64,000 nt of DNA from Parcubacteria group bacterium Gr01-1014_3. Lineage in GTDB: Bacteria; Patescibacteriota; Minisyncoccia; UBA6257; WO2-44-18. The first letter of the stretch is position 1. Every line of letters begins with the position of its first letter. The stretch covers positions 103,928-167,927 of the forward strand of contig VMGF01000002.1 in the NCBI GenBank assembly GCA_007376445.1, read 5' to 3'. The notes below the pieces were generated by a model. That model had not been told where the DNA came from, did no database searches, and saw only the letters and a list, made by a program, of their open reading frames with translations. This document shows positions 25,117 through 34,922 of this stretch, piece by piece. A program made the position numbers and the translations under genes.

Positions 25117-27267
25117 TTATAATGTTTTTCTTTTTAATAACACGGCATTTAGGGCCACGATTATGGTGCTAACCGACATCAGCAAACCGGCGATCGCGGG
25201 CTGGAGCAGAATCCCCTGGCTCGCCAGAACTCCGGCGGCCAACGGCAAAGCGATCACATTGTATCCTGTCGCCCAGAAAAGATTCTGGATCATCTTTCTG
25301 TAGGTGGCCCGTGAGAGTTCAATGATCTTTACGATATCCCGCGGATCATTCTTAACTAAAATAATCCCGGCGGATTCAATGGCAACGTTCGTGCCCGCGC
25401 CAATCGCGATGCCAAGATCGGCTTGAGTGAGCGCTGGGGCGTCGTTGATGCCATCACCAACCATAGCCACCCGCCGCGGGCGGGAATTTTCAATTTTAAA
25501 TTTTAAATTTTCAAACTTTCCTTCTTGAAGTTGCTTCACGATTTTTGCTTTTTCTTCTGGCAAAACCCGCGCGAAATATTCATCTATCCCCAATTCTCCC
25601 GCCACCCATTTCGCCACGTTTTCCGAGTCGCCAGTGATCATCGCGGTTTTTATTCCCATTTTTTGAAGAGCCGCCACGGCTTCTCTGGACTCTTCGCGAA
25701 TAATATCTCCGAGCGAAAAAGCTCCGAGTATCACTTTCGCCGCGATCACAAACGCTATCCCCTTGCCGTTCTTCCCTTCAACTTCAGAGAATTCTTTAAA
25801 AATCTCCGGCATTTCTATGCCAAGCGACTCCACCATCGCCATTCCACCCACGGAAATTTCCGCATCATTAATCTTTCCTCGCGTGCCTTTCCCGGAAAGG
25901 CGGATAAAATCTTTAACCGGAAGAATTTGAACCGAGCGTTTTTTGGCTTCCGCCATGATCGCTTTTGAAACAACATGCTCAGATAAAGAATCTACGGAAG
26001 CAGCCAACTGTAAAACCCGGTTTTCTTGCTCCCACGGCGTGGTGATTATTTTTTCCACTCCATAATTTCCGGTGGTCAAAGTCCCAGTTTTATCAAACAA
26101 AACAATATCCACGCTTCGCGCCGCTTCAAGCGCGAGACGCTGTTTTACCAAAAAACCGTTGCGCGCGGCGAGAGTAGTGGAAATTGAGGCAACGAGCGGC
26201 ACCGCTAAACCTAGCGCGTGCGGGCAAGCGATCACTAACACCGCTACAAGCCGAGCCACCGCGAAGCTAGTTCCGGCGCCGGCCAGGAGCCAGGCAATCA
26301 ACGTGATCAGGCCTCCAGCGACGGCGATAATAGTTAAATAAAAAGCCGCTCTGTCAGACAGTATCTGAAGGCGGGATTTGGAAGCTTGCGCTTCCCGCAC
26401 CAGCCGCATTACTCCGGCCAAAAAGGTGCCTTCCCCTATTTTTGTGACTTTTATTTTTAAAGAACCATCGGTATTTACAGTGCCAGCGATCACCTCGCTA
26501 TTCACTATTTTTTTAACCGGAGCGGATTCGCCGGTGATCATAGACTCATTCACGTTTGCCTCACCCTCGATCACTGCTCCATCGGCCGGGATCCTGCCGC
26601 CAGGACGTACCAAAACCACGTCTCCGACTTTCAAATCAGAGATCGCGACTACCCTGCCATCGGCCAACTCCGCCGTGTCTGGTAAAAGTTTAGAAAGTTC
26701 CTTGAGGGCGCCTTGCGCTCCGCTGACCGCGCGCATCTCCAGCCAGTGCCCTAAAAGCATGATGGTAATTAGCGTCGTGAGTTCCCAAAACAAAGCTTCC
26801 TCGCCGGCAAATACCGCGTATAGACTCCAAAGATACGCGGCAGAGATCGCGATGCCGATCAGCGTCATCATGCCGGGCAATTTCGCTCTTAACTCCCGCC
26901 AGGCGCCAGCTAGGAAAACCCAGCCACCATAGAAAAATACGATTGAACCGAGGACCAACGGCAGATATGCCGATCCGTAGAAATCGGGCGGAGACCAATT
27001 AAAAATCTTCCCGACGACATCGGCATAGAGCACCACGGGAATCGTCAGCGCCAAACTTATCCAAAACTTTCTAAAGAATGCCGCGGTGCTATGCCCAGCG
27101 TGCTTGTCCTGAGCCGCGCCGAAGGATTTATCCTGTTCGGAACTTTTGACTTTGGACTTTGGACTTTTGACTTCCAGCAGGCCCATTCCGCATTCTGGAC
27201 ACATACCGGGCGCATCCTGAATTACTTCTGGGTGCATGGGACAGGTATATTTTAATGGATTGATCAT
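25117..27267 (-). CDS. copper-translocating P1B-type ATPase (CPH motif, CopB-like) with N-terminal Cys-rich metal-binding motif
   Basis: CPMHPEV...[30 protein letters not shown]; contains in-frame repeat insertions (see findings). Confidence 0.85.
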   Translation of the reverse strand: MINPLKYTCPMHPEVIQDAPGMCPECGMGLLEVKSPKSKVKSSEQDKSFGAAQDKHAGHSTAAFFRKFWISLALTIPVVLYADVVGKIFNWSPPDFYGSAYLPLVLGSIVFFYGGWVFLAGAWRELRAKLPGMMTLIGIAISAAYLWSLYAVFAGEEALFWELTTLITIMLLGHWLEMRAVSGAQGALKELSKLLPDTAELADGRVVAISDLKVGDVVLVRPGGRIPADGAVIEGEANVNESMITGESAPVKKIVNSEVIAGTVNTDGSLKIKVTKIGEGTFLAGVMRLVREAQASKSRLQILSDRAAFYLTIIAVAGGLITLIAWLLAGAGTSFAVARLVAVLVIACPHALGLAVPLVASISTTLAARNGFLVKQRLALEAARSVDIVLFDKTGTLTTGNYGVEKIITTPWEQENRVLQLAASVDSLSEHVVSKAIMAEAKKRSVQILPVKDFIRLSGKGTRGKINDAEISVGGMAMVESLGIEMPEIFKEFSEVEGKNGKGIAFVIAAKVILGAFSLGDIIREESREAVAALQKMGIKTAMITGDSENVAKWVAGELGIDEYFARVLPEEKAKIVKQLQEGKFENLKFKIENSRPRRVAMVGDGINDAPALTQADLGIAIGAGTNVAIESAGIILVKNDPRDIVKIIELSRATYRKMIQNLFWATGYNVIALPLAAGVLASQGILLQPAIAGLLMSVSTIIVALNAVLLKRKTL

Positions 27268-27420
27268 AGATTTAAAACTGAAGGATGCGAAGCGCTCTCA
27301 ATATTACAATAAAAAGCGCGGAGTCCCGCACCAAGCTTGCTTTGGTGCGGGGCATGGGGCAAGTATAGATCGTAGATTTCATATTTTTATTGTTCATTCT
27401 TACTATATATTATTTATCAT

Positions 27421-28218
27421 CTAAATTCCGCAACTGCCAGATTTTTGCGATTGAACCGCCGCCGTTTCTATTCCGCATCCTCCACCGAGGCTTTGCTCAG
27501 GAAACCAATAGTTGTTTACCTTTAGAGCAATCCTCCGCATTTCTTCTTCGCTAGTCCCCCGCGATGCTAACAGTTCAAGTAATCCCAGCATCGCCATGCC
27601 GTGATTACAATCCGGGAAGTAGGCTGGATTCTTACAACAAGGCCGATAGATATTTTTTGATACCCGCTCCACCAGTATCTGCTGTTCCGGAGTTAACATA
27701 ATCATCGGATGCGCGCTGTAATGATCCATGGCTTCACCTCTGGCGATAGTCCAGCCGGCTGTGGAGGCAAATTTTCCGGCTCCGCCGTAACGCCAACTGG
27801 ACATTGGCCCAGTCTCCAATATGGGGTTCTTATTCCCCAGTCCAAGGGCCCAGAAAAGATTCAACATGACTCCGGAATTCTCCGCGTTAATCCGGATAGT
27901 TCCATTGTTATCGCCATAAAGCATTGCCCGAATATCCTGAGTTAGACCACCGCTGCTAAAATATAATTGCTCAAAACGGTCAGCATCAATTACTCCGGCG
28001 GCAACTAGCTGCTTACCAAGATCGCCCCAGCGGACCGGCAAGACCGTTTCGTCCGCGGTAGTATTTGATGCCGCGGCTGGAGGCGACAAATAAGCCTCGC
28101 TTCTTATTCTCCAGCCGACATTATAGACAAGAGCCGCCGCGAGAATAATAGCTGAGGCTAAAATACTGGCCGGTAGTAAGCTGTTTTTCTTTTCCAGATT
28201 TTGATTTTCCGTGTTCAT
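27421..28218 (-). CDS. Cys-rich membrane-anchored hypothetical protein
   Basis: signal anchor; CC/CxxxC clusters (PCCKNPAYFPDCNHG, GGGCGIE...SCGI). Confidence 0.4.
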   Translation of the reverse strand: MNTENQNLEKKNSLLPASILASAIILAAALVYNVGWRIRSEAYLSPPAAASNTTADETVLPVRWGDLGKQLVAAGVIDADRFEQLYFSSGGLTQDIRAMLYGDNNGTIRINAENSGVMLNLFWALGLGNKNPILETGPMSSWRYGGAGKFASTAGWTIARGEAMDHYSAHPMIMLTPEQQILVERVSKNIYRPCCKNPAYFPDCNHGMAMLGLLELLASRGTSEEEMRRIALKVNNYWFPEQSLGGGCGIETAAVQSQKSGSCGI

Positions 28219-28224
28219 ATTTAT

Positions 28225-28665
28225 TTAGCAGCATTGTTTCATCTTTTTTTCTAAGTCCTCGGCCGCCGCGTTATTCTTATTATTTTTCTTCATCAACACG
28301 AAAAAAATCAGAACAATTACGCCCAGAAAAATTATTGCTGGTAAAAAAACCTCCCAGCCTAGAACCAGCAATCCGTAAACCGCGATAAATCCGGCGGGAA
28401 TAAACAGCGCTTTCCACAACAATGATAATTTTTCTGATGGCAATCTTTTTTCCAGCTGATAAGCCGCGCCGACCACTGAGCCACCCATCAGCAAAGCTGG
28501 GAGCGCTGGATCGATTTTGTATCCCAGGAACAGCGCTATCAACATCCACAGCCACGTTCCGCTGACTCCGGCGCAAATCGGACAAATCCGGAATCGGAAA
28601 GTTTTGTTAAGGAGCCAGGCTAGTCCCATAATCATAAAAATCGAAATTGTAACAATGATAATCAT
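28225..28665 (-). CDS. small membrane protein with CPIC motif (possible DsbB-like)
   Basis: 4 TM; CxxC in the first loop. Confidence 0.4.
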   Translation of the reverse strand: MIIIVTISIFMIMGLAWLLNKTFRFRICPICAGVSGTWLWMLIALFLGYKIDPALPALLMGGSVVGAAYQLEKRLPSEKLSLLWKALFIPAGFIAVYGLLVLGWEVFLPAIIFLGVIVLIFFVLMKKNNKNNAAAEDLEKKMKQCC

Positions 28666-28669
28666 GGTT

Positions 28670-29452
28670 TTATAGGAAGAAGATGATGATTCCCAGCAGG
28701 ATCATGGCGATCCCGCCTCCGAATCTCATCAATTTATTTTCGCGCCTTTGCCATGACCGGACTTTTTCCAGTAGCGTCTGATTACCCGCGATTAACAAGA
28801 TCAATACTAACGGAGTAACAAAGATCAGGTTATATAAGATCAAATAACCAACCCCCTTAAGATAGGTAGCTTGGTCATGAAGCAGTCCCAGAACCATCAG
28901 GTATGGTCCGCCGGTGCAGGGAAATTCACACAAGCCAACCAGGGCGCCCAGTAAAAAGACGGCCACCCAGGATCCTTTCTCCATCAACTCGGCCATCTTG
29001 TGGTGAGCGACCTGCGGAATACGGAGTTTCATCGGAAAAGCGGGAAAGAATTCGTTGATTAGATTGATGGAACCAAGGCCGATCAGCAAAGCCGCTCCCA
29101 CCTTAGCCATAAAGTGCGGAGTATCGAAGATGTGCAGGGTCTGCAGAATTCCCAGGCCGATCAGCATGTAAACCACAAAGATGCCGAGAACGTAAAGTCC
29201 GCCAAGTTTTAGAATGCTGGAGCGGACTTTCCCAATGCTCAATAAGAAAGCAATTGTCAGGATTAAAATGGAAAAAGCGCAGGGATTAATACTGTCCACC
29301 AACGCCGCAATTCCCACTAAAGGCAAAAGCCATTTGCCGCCGTTGCTCAAATTCCAAACCAGAGAAGTGCTCCAGCTCCCCTCCTTTAAGAAGAAACCGA
29401 ATACGAAAACCAATGCCGCGACCGCGAGAAGAATAATTAATTTTTTATTCAT
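28670..29452 (-). CDS. ccdA: cytochrome c biogenesis / thiol-disulfide transporter CcdA (DsbD-core) family
   Basis: conserved TM cysteines (INPCAF and CEFPC), 6-8 TM. Confidence 0.7.
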   Translation of the reverse strand: MNKKLIILLAVAALVFVFGFFLKEGSWSTSLVWNLSNGGKWLLPLVGIAALVDSINPCAFSILILTIAFLLSIGKVRSSILKLGGLYVLGIFVVYMLIGLGILQTLHIFDTPHFMAKVGAALLIGLGSINLINEFFPAFPMKLRIPQVAHHKMAELMEKGSWVAVFLLGALVGLCEFPCTGGPYLMVLGLLHDQATYLKGVGYLILYNLIFVTPLVLILLIAGNQTLLEKVRSWQRRENKLMRFGGGIAMILLGIIIFFL

Positions 29453-29456
29453 ATGA

Positions 29457-29996
29457 TTATGGTTCCACGGTCGCGGAAATTTTAATTTCGAGCGGATTTC
29501 CTACGGAATTTTCCAGGAAAACGATCCGTTCAATTCGACCAACGCCGGATGGGCCATGCGCCGCCGGATCAAAAGCAACGTCAATGACGACCTCTTCGTT
29601 AGCGGCGAGAGTTTGATTAATCTTCGGGACAGCTCCATGACCCGGCATGCCAAATGGGCCCATCGATTCGCCATTTCTCGTGAATGTTGCCAGCGTGCAC
29701 ATGCAGGATGTAGTTATTCTTTCAATCACGACTGGATCACTACTTAAATTTTTCAACTGAAACTGATGACGGACTTTCCCTTTGGCCATGGAAATGGATC
29801 CGAAATCAAAGGATTTTTCCTCCAGGACCAGCGCGCCTACCGTATCAGGCGCTAGATTCGCGTTAATGTTTGCCTGTTGATCAGTTGGCGATGGTTGGGC
29901 AAGCCAAATCACTATGCCGAACAAGGAGATTGCCAGTAACACACCGATAATATTTTTTGGATTTTTAACCATAATTAAGAAATTAATGAATAACAA
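29457..29996 (-). CDS. DUF1573 domain protein
   Basis: TSCMCT motif and beta-rich domain typical of DUF1573. Confidence 0.65.
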   Translation of the reverse strand: MLFINFLIMVKNPKNIIGVLLAISLFGIVIWLAQPSPTDQQANINANLAPDTVGALVLEEKSFDFGSISMAKGKVRHQFQLKNLSSDPVVIERITTSCMCTLATFTRNGESMGPFGMPGHGAVPKINQTLAANEEVVIDVAFDPAAHGPSGVGRIERIVFLENSVGNPLEIKISATVEP

Positions 29997-30060
29997 AAAA
30001 CCTCAATGACGAGGCAATGGCGCGGATCATAAATGCCGCGGACTAGGCGGAATTTATGGT

Positions 30061-30471
30061 CTACGCCCTACAAAAGGCCGGACTGTTTTCGTGAAACGAA
30101 AGCCAGCTGGTAATTTTTTCAAATAAAGAGGTGGATCGCTGATCGGCGTCCGTAAAACGCGCGTTATTCAGTCGGAAGGATGGAACATAAAAAACTTTTC
30201 TCAAAAATACGAATGAAAAATATGCCAAAAATATAATGGTCGCTATACTTACAACTCCACTGATGGTAGGGGCGAGAAAACTATTTAAAATGCCAGAATG
30301 CAAATTAAGCATCGAAAGAATATCCTGGGTTGATGCGCAATCGATACCTTGAATCACCGAGATAATACACGGACTGCCGCTATGGTCAGAACTATGGTTC
30401 ATGCCAAAAAGACCGAACATCGTAGTTCCGATAAATATTACGCTTAATACAATAGTTAGAGTTAATTTCAT
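30061..30471 (-). CDS. hypothetical membrane protein
   Basis: 2 TM; no motif. Confidence 0.35.
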   Translation of the reverse strand: MKLTLTIVLSVIFIGTTMFGLFGMNHSSDHSGSPCIISVIQGIDCASTQDILSMLNLHSGILNSFLAPTISGVVSIATIIFLAYFSFVFLRKVFYVPSFRLNNARFTDADQRSTSLFEKITSWLSFHENSPAFCRA

Positions 30472-30507
30472 TTTTACGTAATCATTATACCAAATTTCCG
30501 GAAAAAA

Positions 30508-30535
30508 GCCAATAAAAAAACCGCCCCTATGGGGC
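30508..30535 (-). terminator. rho-independent terminator overlapping the stop of 30527..30907
   Basis: ccgcccc-tat-ggggcgg with T-run on the minus strand. Confidence 0.5.
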
Positions 30536-30907
30536 GGGTGGCTGAGTCAGCCAAGGTGGGAGCATGGCAACTATCACTTCTGTGTAGAAAATCTCTTTCT
30601 TCTCATTGTAGGAGTAGCACAGACCGGAAATACTCACAGTTGGTTCACCGATCACTCCGCGAAAAAGCATATCGCCAAACTCCAGCTGATTCTCGATTAA
30701 CTTGCCCTTTTTGATTTCGCCATCAGACAAAACCGGTGGCTTCGGAATTCTGGTTTTTATTTCGTCCGATTGCCCTTCAAAGGCATAAAGCATAGAGAGC
30801 AAGGCAAGCGTTGGGTTAATCTCTGGCGGCATCAGCCACCTCCCTAAATCAAATTCCTGATTTGATCGGGCAATCAATCCACAATGGATTGATTTAGCCT
30901 TTCTCAA
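30527..30907 (-). CDS. hypothetical protein
   Basis: ORF only. Confidence 0.35.
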   Translation of the reverse strand: MRKAKSIHCGLIARSNQEFDLGRWLMPPEINPTLALLSMLYAFEGQSDEIKTRIPKPPVLSDGEIKKGKLIENQLEFGDMLFRGVIGEPTVSISGLCYSYNEKKEIFYTEVIVAMLPPWLTQPPAP

Positions 30908-30960
30908 ACTAAACAGATAATACCAAAAATCACCGAAACAGTCAAGCCGCCCGGGAATGC

Positions 30961-31716
30961 CTACTCAGCCCAGATTACAAAAGTAAAGACCTTCTGGCCA
31001 TTACCGAAATCACGCTCATGGAGAGATGCTTTTTTATCGGATGAGGTGCGGATAACCTGACCCCAAGAGGCGCGATCGGAGTGATCGATATCCTGATTAG
31101 CAGACGCGGCGGTTTGGCTCGCGGTATTAGTAGTGTCTAAGTGAGCATAGATCGTCTCCAGCATATCGTAGTCATGCTGGTTCGGGTGCTGATTAGACAG
31201 CGGGTCATTCGAGTAATCCATGCAGGTGTCTAAGTTCGGATTAGTGAAATTCTCGTCTTGATGATCAAGGCCGATGGTGTGGCCGACTTCCTGACACATG
31301 ACTAAATTTTTCCAAGCCGGAGTATTATATTTCGCGGTGTTGAAATAGGTGTCATTCACTTTTACCGTGCCCTGAACAATATGGGTCCCGCTCGCCCACA
31401 CGCTGGCGATACCAAGCCATCCATTATTACCATACTTGCTATTGCAAACTTCAACGCGCCCGGAAACCGCTCGGCAGTTCTTCGGATTAGATCTGCCCGC
31501 CACAACGTTCGTATCCAAAACACTAGACGCGCTCCAGTCCGCCGCTGTCGTAGCAAGATACGGATCCCACAGGCTGGACACATTATCTCCTAGTTTGAGA
31601 TTTAACGGATTGGCAGTTCTAGCCCAATGATACCCGCCCCAGGAATGGCTCGCGTACGCGAACGCGCCAACAGAACCAACCAACAAAACCGCTAAAGATA
31701 AAAGTATTTTTTTCAT
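30961..31716 (-). CDS. secreted protein with metzincin/snapalysin-like motif (putative zinc metalloprotease)
   Basis: signal peptide; EVGHTIGLDH resembles HExxHxxGxxH but lacks the first His (C-Q-E instead). Confidence 0.4.
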   Translation of the reverse strand: MKKILLSLAVLLVGSVGAFAYASHSWGGYHWARTANPLNLKLGDNVSSLWDPYLATTAADWSASSVLDTNVVAGRSNPKNCRAVSGRVEVCNSKYGNNGWLGIASVWASGTHIVQGTVKVNDTYFNTAKYNTPAWKNLVMCQEVGHTIGLDHQDENFTNPNLDTCMDYSNDPLSNQHPNQHDYDMLETIYAHLDTTNTASQTAASANQDIDHSDRASWGQVIRTSSDKKASLHERDFGNGQKVFTFVIWAE

Positions 31717-31780
31717 ATGAATAAGTGTATATGATTCTCACAAAAAATGGAATATCCCCAGCTTTACAATCTAGGCTTAT

Positions 31781-32815
31781 TTGATTACATTTATTACTAT
31801 AATGAACCCAAAGAAAGCTCTTATTACCGGCGTTACCGGTCAAGACGGCAGTTATTTAGCCGAACTATTACTCTCTAAAGGCTATGAAGTGCACGGCATC
31901 ATCCGGCGCGCTTCTTCTTTTAATACCGGCCGCATCGCTCATATTTTTCAGGATGTTCATGAATCCGAAAAAAGATTCCACCTCCACTATGGAGATCTGT
32001 CCGACGCCGCCACGATCCGTAAACTGATCTATGAAGTTCAGCCGGACGAGATCTATAATATCGGCGCGCAATCGCATGTTCGGGTTTCTTTTGATATTCC
32101 AGAATACACCGCAGACATCACCGGCTTAGGCGTTTTAAGAGTTTTGGACGCCATTAAGGATTTTCAGGAACACACCGGTAAAAAAGTAAAATTCTACCAG
32201 GCTTCTTCGTCAGAGATGTTCGGCGCGACACCGCCGCCCCAACATGAAAACACCCAGTTCCACCCGCGCAGCCCATATGGTTCCGCCAAAGTCTTCGCGT
32301 ATCACACTACCAGAAATTACAGGGAAGCTTACGGAATTTTCGCGGTCAACGGAATTCTTTTCAATCATGAAAGCCCAAGGCGCGGCGAAACTTTCGTAAC
32401 CCGGAAAATTACCCGTGGTATCGCGCGAATCAAGGCCGGACTGGATAAAAAGATCTATCTTGGAAATTTGGATGCCAAACGCGATTGGGGCTACGCTCCG
32501 GAATATGTTGAGGCTATGTGGATGATGCTTCAACAACCACATCCGGATGATTATGTAATCGGCACCGGCGAATCACGTTCCGTAAAAGAATTTTTGATAG
32601 AAGCTTTTAAGCATTCAGGTCTTGGCGACTGGAAAAATTATGTTGAGATCGATCCGCGTTATCACCGCCCGACGGAAGTGGAAAGTCTTATCGCTGATAC
32701 CCGAAAGGCCAAAGAAAAATTAGGCTGGACTGCTAAGACCAAGTTTTCCGATCTCGTAAAAATAATGGTAGACGCGGACATAAAAGAAATATGCGGAGAG
32801 AAATCCGGAAAATAG
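31781..32815 (+). CDS. gmd: GDP-mannose 4,6-dehydratase
   Basis: [19 protein letters not shown], YxxxK region, typical Gmd length. Confidence 0.9.
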   Translation: MITFITIMNPKKALITGVTGQDGSYLAELLLSKGYEVHGIIRRASSFNTGRIAHIFQDVHESEKRFHLHYGDLSDAATIRKLIYEVQPDEIYNIGAQSHVRVSFDIPEYTADITGLGVLRVLDAIKDFQEHTGKKVKFYQASSSEMFGATPPPQHENTQFHPRSPYGSAKVFAYHTTRNYREAYGIFAVNGILFNHESPRRGETFVTRKITRGIARIKAGLDKKIYLGNLDAKRDWGYAPEYVEAMWMMLQQPHPDDYVIGTGESRSVKEFLIEAFKHSGLGDWKNYVEIDPRYHRPTEVESLIADTRKAKEKLGWTAKTKFSDLVKIMVDADIKEICGEKSGK

Positions 32816-33993
32816 GCGTTGGGACGGTTAAGATCTCCGCTCTCGGCAAGAAATACGTGAACCAGGCGATGGATAACGATCGTCTTTCTTACGGTCCATT
32901 TTTGCGGAGATTTGAAAACGAATTCGCGGCGCTCCACGACCGAAAATTCGCCATCAGCTGTAATAGCGGGACCAGCGCTCTTCAGATCGCGCTTGGCGCG
33001 ATGAAAGAAATCCACGGCTGGAAAGATGGCGACGAGGTCATCGTGCCCTCCATCACCTTTATCGCCACCTCCAATATCGTCCTGCAAAACGGCATGAAAC
33101 CGGTTTTCGTTGATGTCGATTCCCTGACCTGCAACATGGATCCGAATAAGATAGAAGCTAAGATAACCGATCGGACCCGCGCTATCATTCCGGTGCATCT
33201 TTTCGGACTCTCCGCGGAAATGGAACCGATCATGAAGATCGCTAAAAAGCATAACCTAAAAGTCATCGAGGATTCTTGCGAAACGATGTTCGTTAAATAT
33301 AAAGGCGCGCCGGTAGGTTCACGTGGTGATATCTCCTGCTTCTCGACCTACACAGCTCACTTGGTGGTAACCGGAGTCGGCGGTCTGGCGTTGACCAACA
33401 ATCCGGAATACGCCGTGGTCATGAAAAGCATGATGAATCATGGCCGGGACTCAATTTATCTGAATATTGATGCTGATGACGCGCTGAGAAGCGACAAAGA
33501 AATTTTAAAAATGGCCGATCGCCGGTTTTCCTTTATTCGCATGGGGTATAGTTTTCGTCTGACGGAACTCGAGGGCGCGCTCGGAGTCGCCGAACTCGTC
33601 CAGCGTACTCAGAATCTGAAAAATCGTTTAGCTAACGCTAAGTATCTTATTGCCGGTCTTTCTAAATACAAAGATCTAATCCAGCTGCCGTCTTGGCCAA
33701 AATACGCCGAACACGCCTTTATGATGTTCCCTCTAGTGGTCAAACATCCTAAGCTCAAGCGGGATGAAATAATCACTTACTTGGAAAAAAATGGGATAGA
33801 GACCCGGTATCTGATGCCGCTAATAAACCAACCATATTATAAAAAGATCTTCGGCGATATCGAATCTAAATATCCCGTCGCGGCCTGGATCAATAAAAAT
33901 GGATTTTATGTTGGATGCCACCAGACTCTCAATAAAAAGGATCTTGATTATATGATTGAAGTATTCTCTAAATTCCTGAACAAATGGATCTAA
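32791..33993 (+). CDS. DegT/DnrJ/EryC1 PLP enzyme, ColD-like (GDP-4-keto-6-deoxy-D-mannose 3-dehydratase) candidate
   Basis: DegT family throughout; at the usual PLP-lysine position the sequence is [15 protein letters not shown] (His, not Lys), as in ColD; start uncertain (overlaps gmd). Confidence 0.55.
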   Translation: MRREIRKIGVGTVKISALGKKYVNQAMDNDRLSYGPFLRRFENEFAALHDRKFAISCNSGTSALQIALGAMKEIHGWKDGDEVIVPSITFIATSNIVLQNGMKPVFVDVDSLTCNMDPNKIEAKITDRTRAIIPVHLFGLSAEMEPIMKIAKKHNLKVIEDSCETMFVKYKGAPVGSRGDISCFSTYTAHLVVTGVGGLALTNNPEYAVVMKSMMNHGRDSIYLNIDADDALRSDKEILKMADRRFSFIRMGYSFRLTELEGALGVAELVQRTQNLKNRLANAKYLIAGLSKYKDLIQLPSWPKYAEHAFMMFPLVVKHPKLKRDEIITYLEKNGIETRYLMPLINQPYYKKIFGDIESKYPVAAWINKNGFYVGCHQTLNKKDLDYMIEVFSKFLNKWI

Positions 33994-34922
33994 CTAAAAA
34001 AAATATCTTACTGACCGGCGGTGGCGGTTTTTTGGGCAAACACGTCTTCAAGAAATTGCTCGAACGGGGCGTATCCGCCGATAGGATTTATATTCCGCGA
34101 TCCAAAGAGCATGATCTTCGCGATCCGGCCGTCTGCGAAAAGCTAGTCCAAGGAAAAGATGTGGTAATTCATTTGGCGGCGGCGGTTGGCGGTATCGGTT
34201 TCAATCGGAAATACCCCGGAAAAGCATTTTACGACAATGCTTCCATGGCCATGCACTTATTAGAAGCTTTTCGTAAATCCGGCGGAGAGAAATTTGTTGG
34301 TATCGGCACGGTTTGCGCTTACCCCAAAATTTTACCGGCGCCGTTCTCCGAAAATGATCTTTGGGCGGGTTATCCTGAAGAAACCAACGCGCCATACGGT
34401 CTCGCGAAAAAAATGATGCTGGTCCAGTCGCAGGCTTACCGCCAGGAATACGGCACTAACGCTATCCATCTTTTAATGGTCAATCTTTATGGCCCGAAAG
34501 ATAATTTTCATCCGGAAAATTCTCATGTCATTCCCGCCTTGATAGACAAGATCGCCGAGGCCAAAAAAAATAATCAGCCGTCGGTGGAGGTCTGGGGCAC
34601 CGGCAAGGCCACCCGTGAATTTCTCTTTGCCGAAGACGCGGCGGAAGCCATCGTGGCCGCGGCGGAAAAATATAATAGCATTGAACCGGTTAATATCGGC
34701 TCCGGGCAGGAAGTGAGCATCAAAGATCTGGTGGATGTAATCTGTCGATTGGTTGGATTTAACGGTGAAATCCGCTGGAATGCCGATAAACCCGATGGTC
34801 AGCCTCGCCGAGTCCTGGATATCAGCCGGGCAGAAAAAGAATTTGGATTCAAGGCTCAGACAACACTTGAAGCTGGCCTAAAAAAGACGATTGATTGGTA
34901 CTATAAAATCTACAAAAAATAA
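33984..34922 (+). CDS. GDP-L-fucose synthase family (Fcl / GDP-L-colitose synthase ColC-like)
   Basis: LLTGGGGFLGKH, NLYGPKDNFHPENSHVIPALI matches the Fcl signature. Confidence 0.8.
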   Translation: MDLTKKNILLTGGGGFLGKHVFKKLLERGVSADRIYIPRSKEHDLRDPAVCEKLVQGKDVVIHLAAAVGGIGFNRKYPGKAFYDNASMAMHLLEAFRKSGGEKFVGIGTVCAYPKILPAPFSENDLWAGYPEETNAPYGLAKKMMLVQSQAYRQEYGTNAIHLLMVNLYGPKDNFHPENSHVIPALIDKIAEAKKNNQPSVEVWGTGKATREFLFAEDAAEAIVAAAEKYNSIEPVNIGSGQEVSIKDLVDVICRLVGFNGEIRWNADKPDGQPRRVLDISRAEKEFGFKAQTTLEAGLKKTIDWYYKIYKK

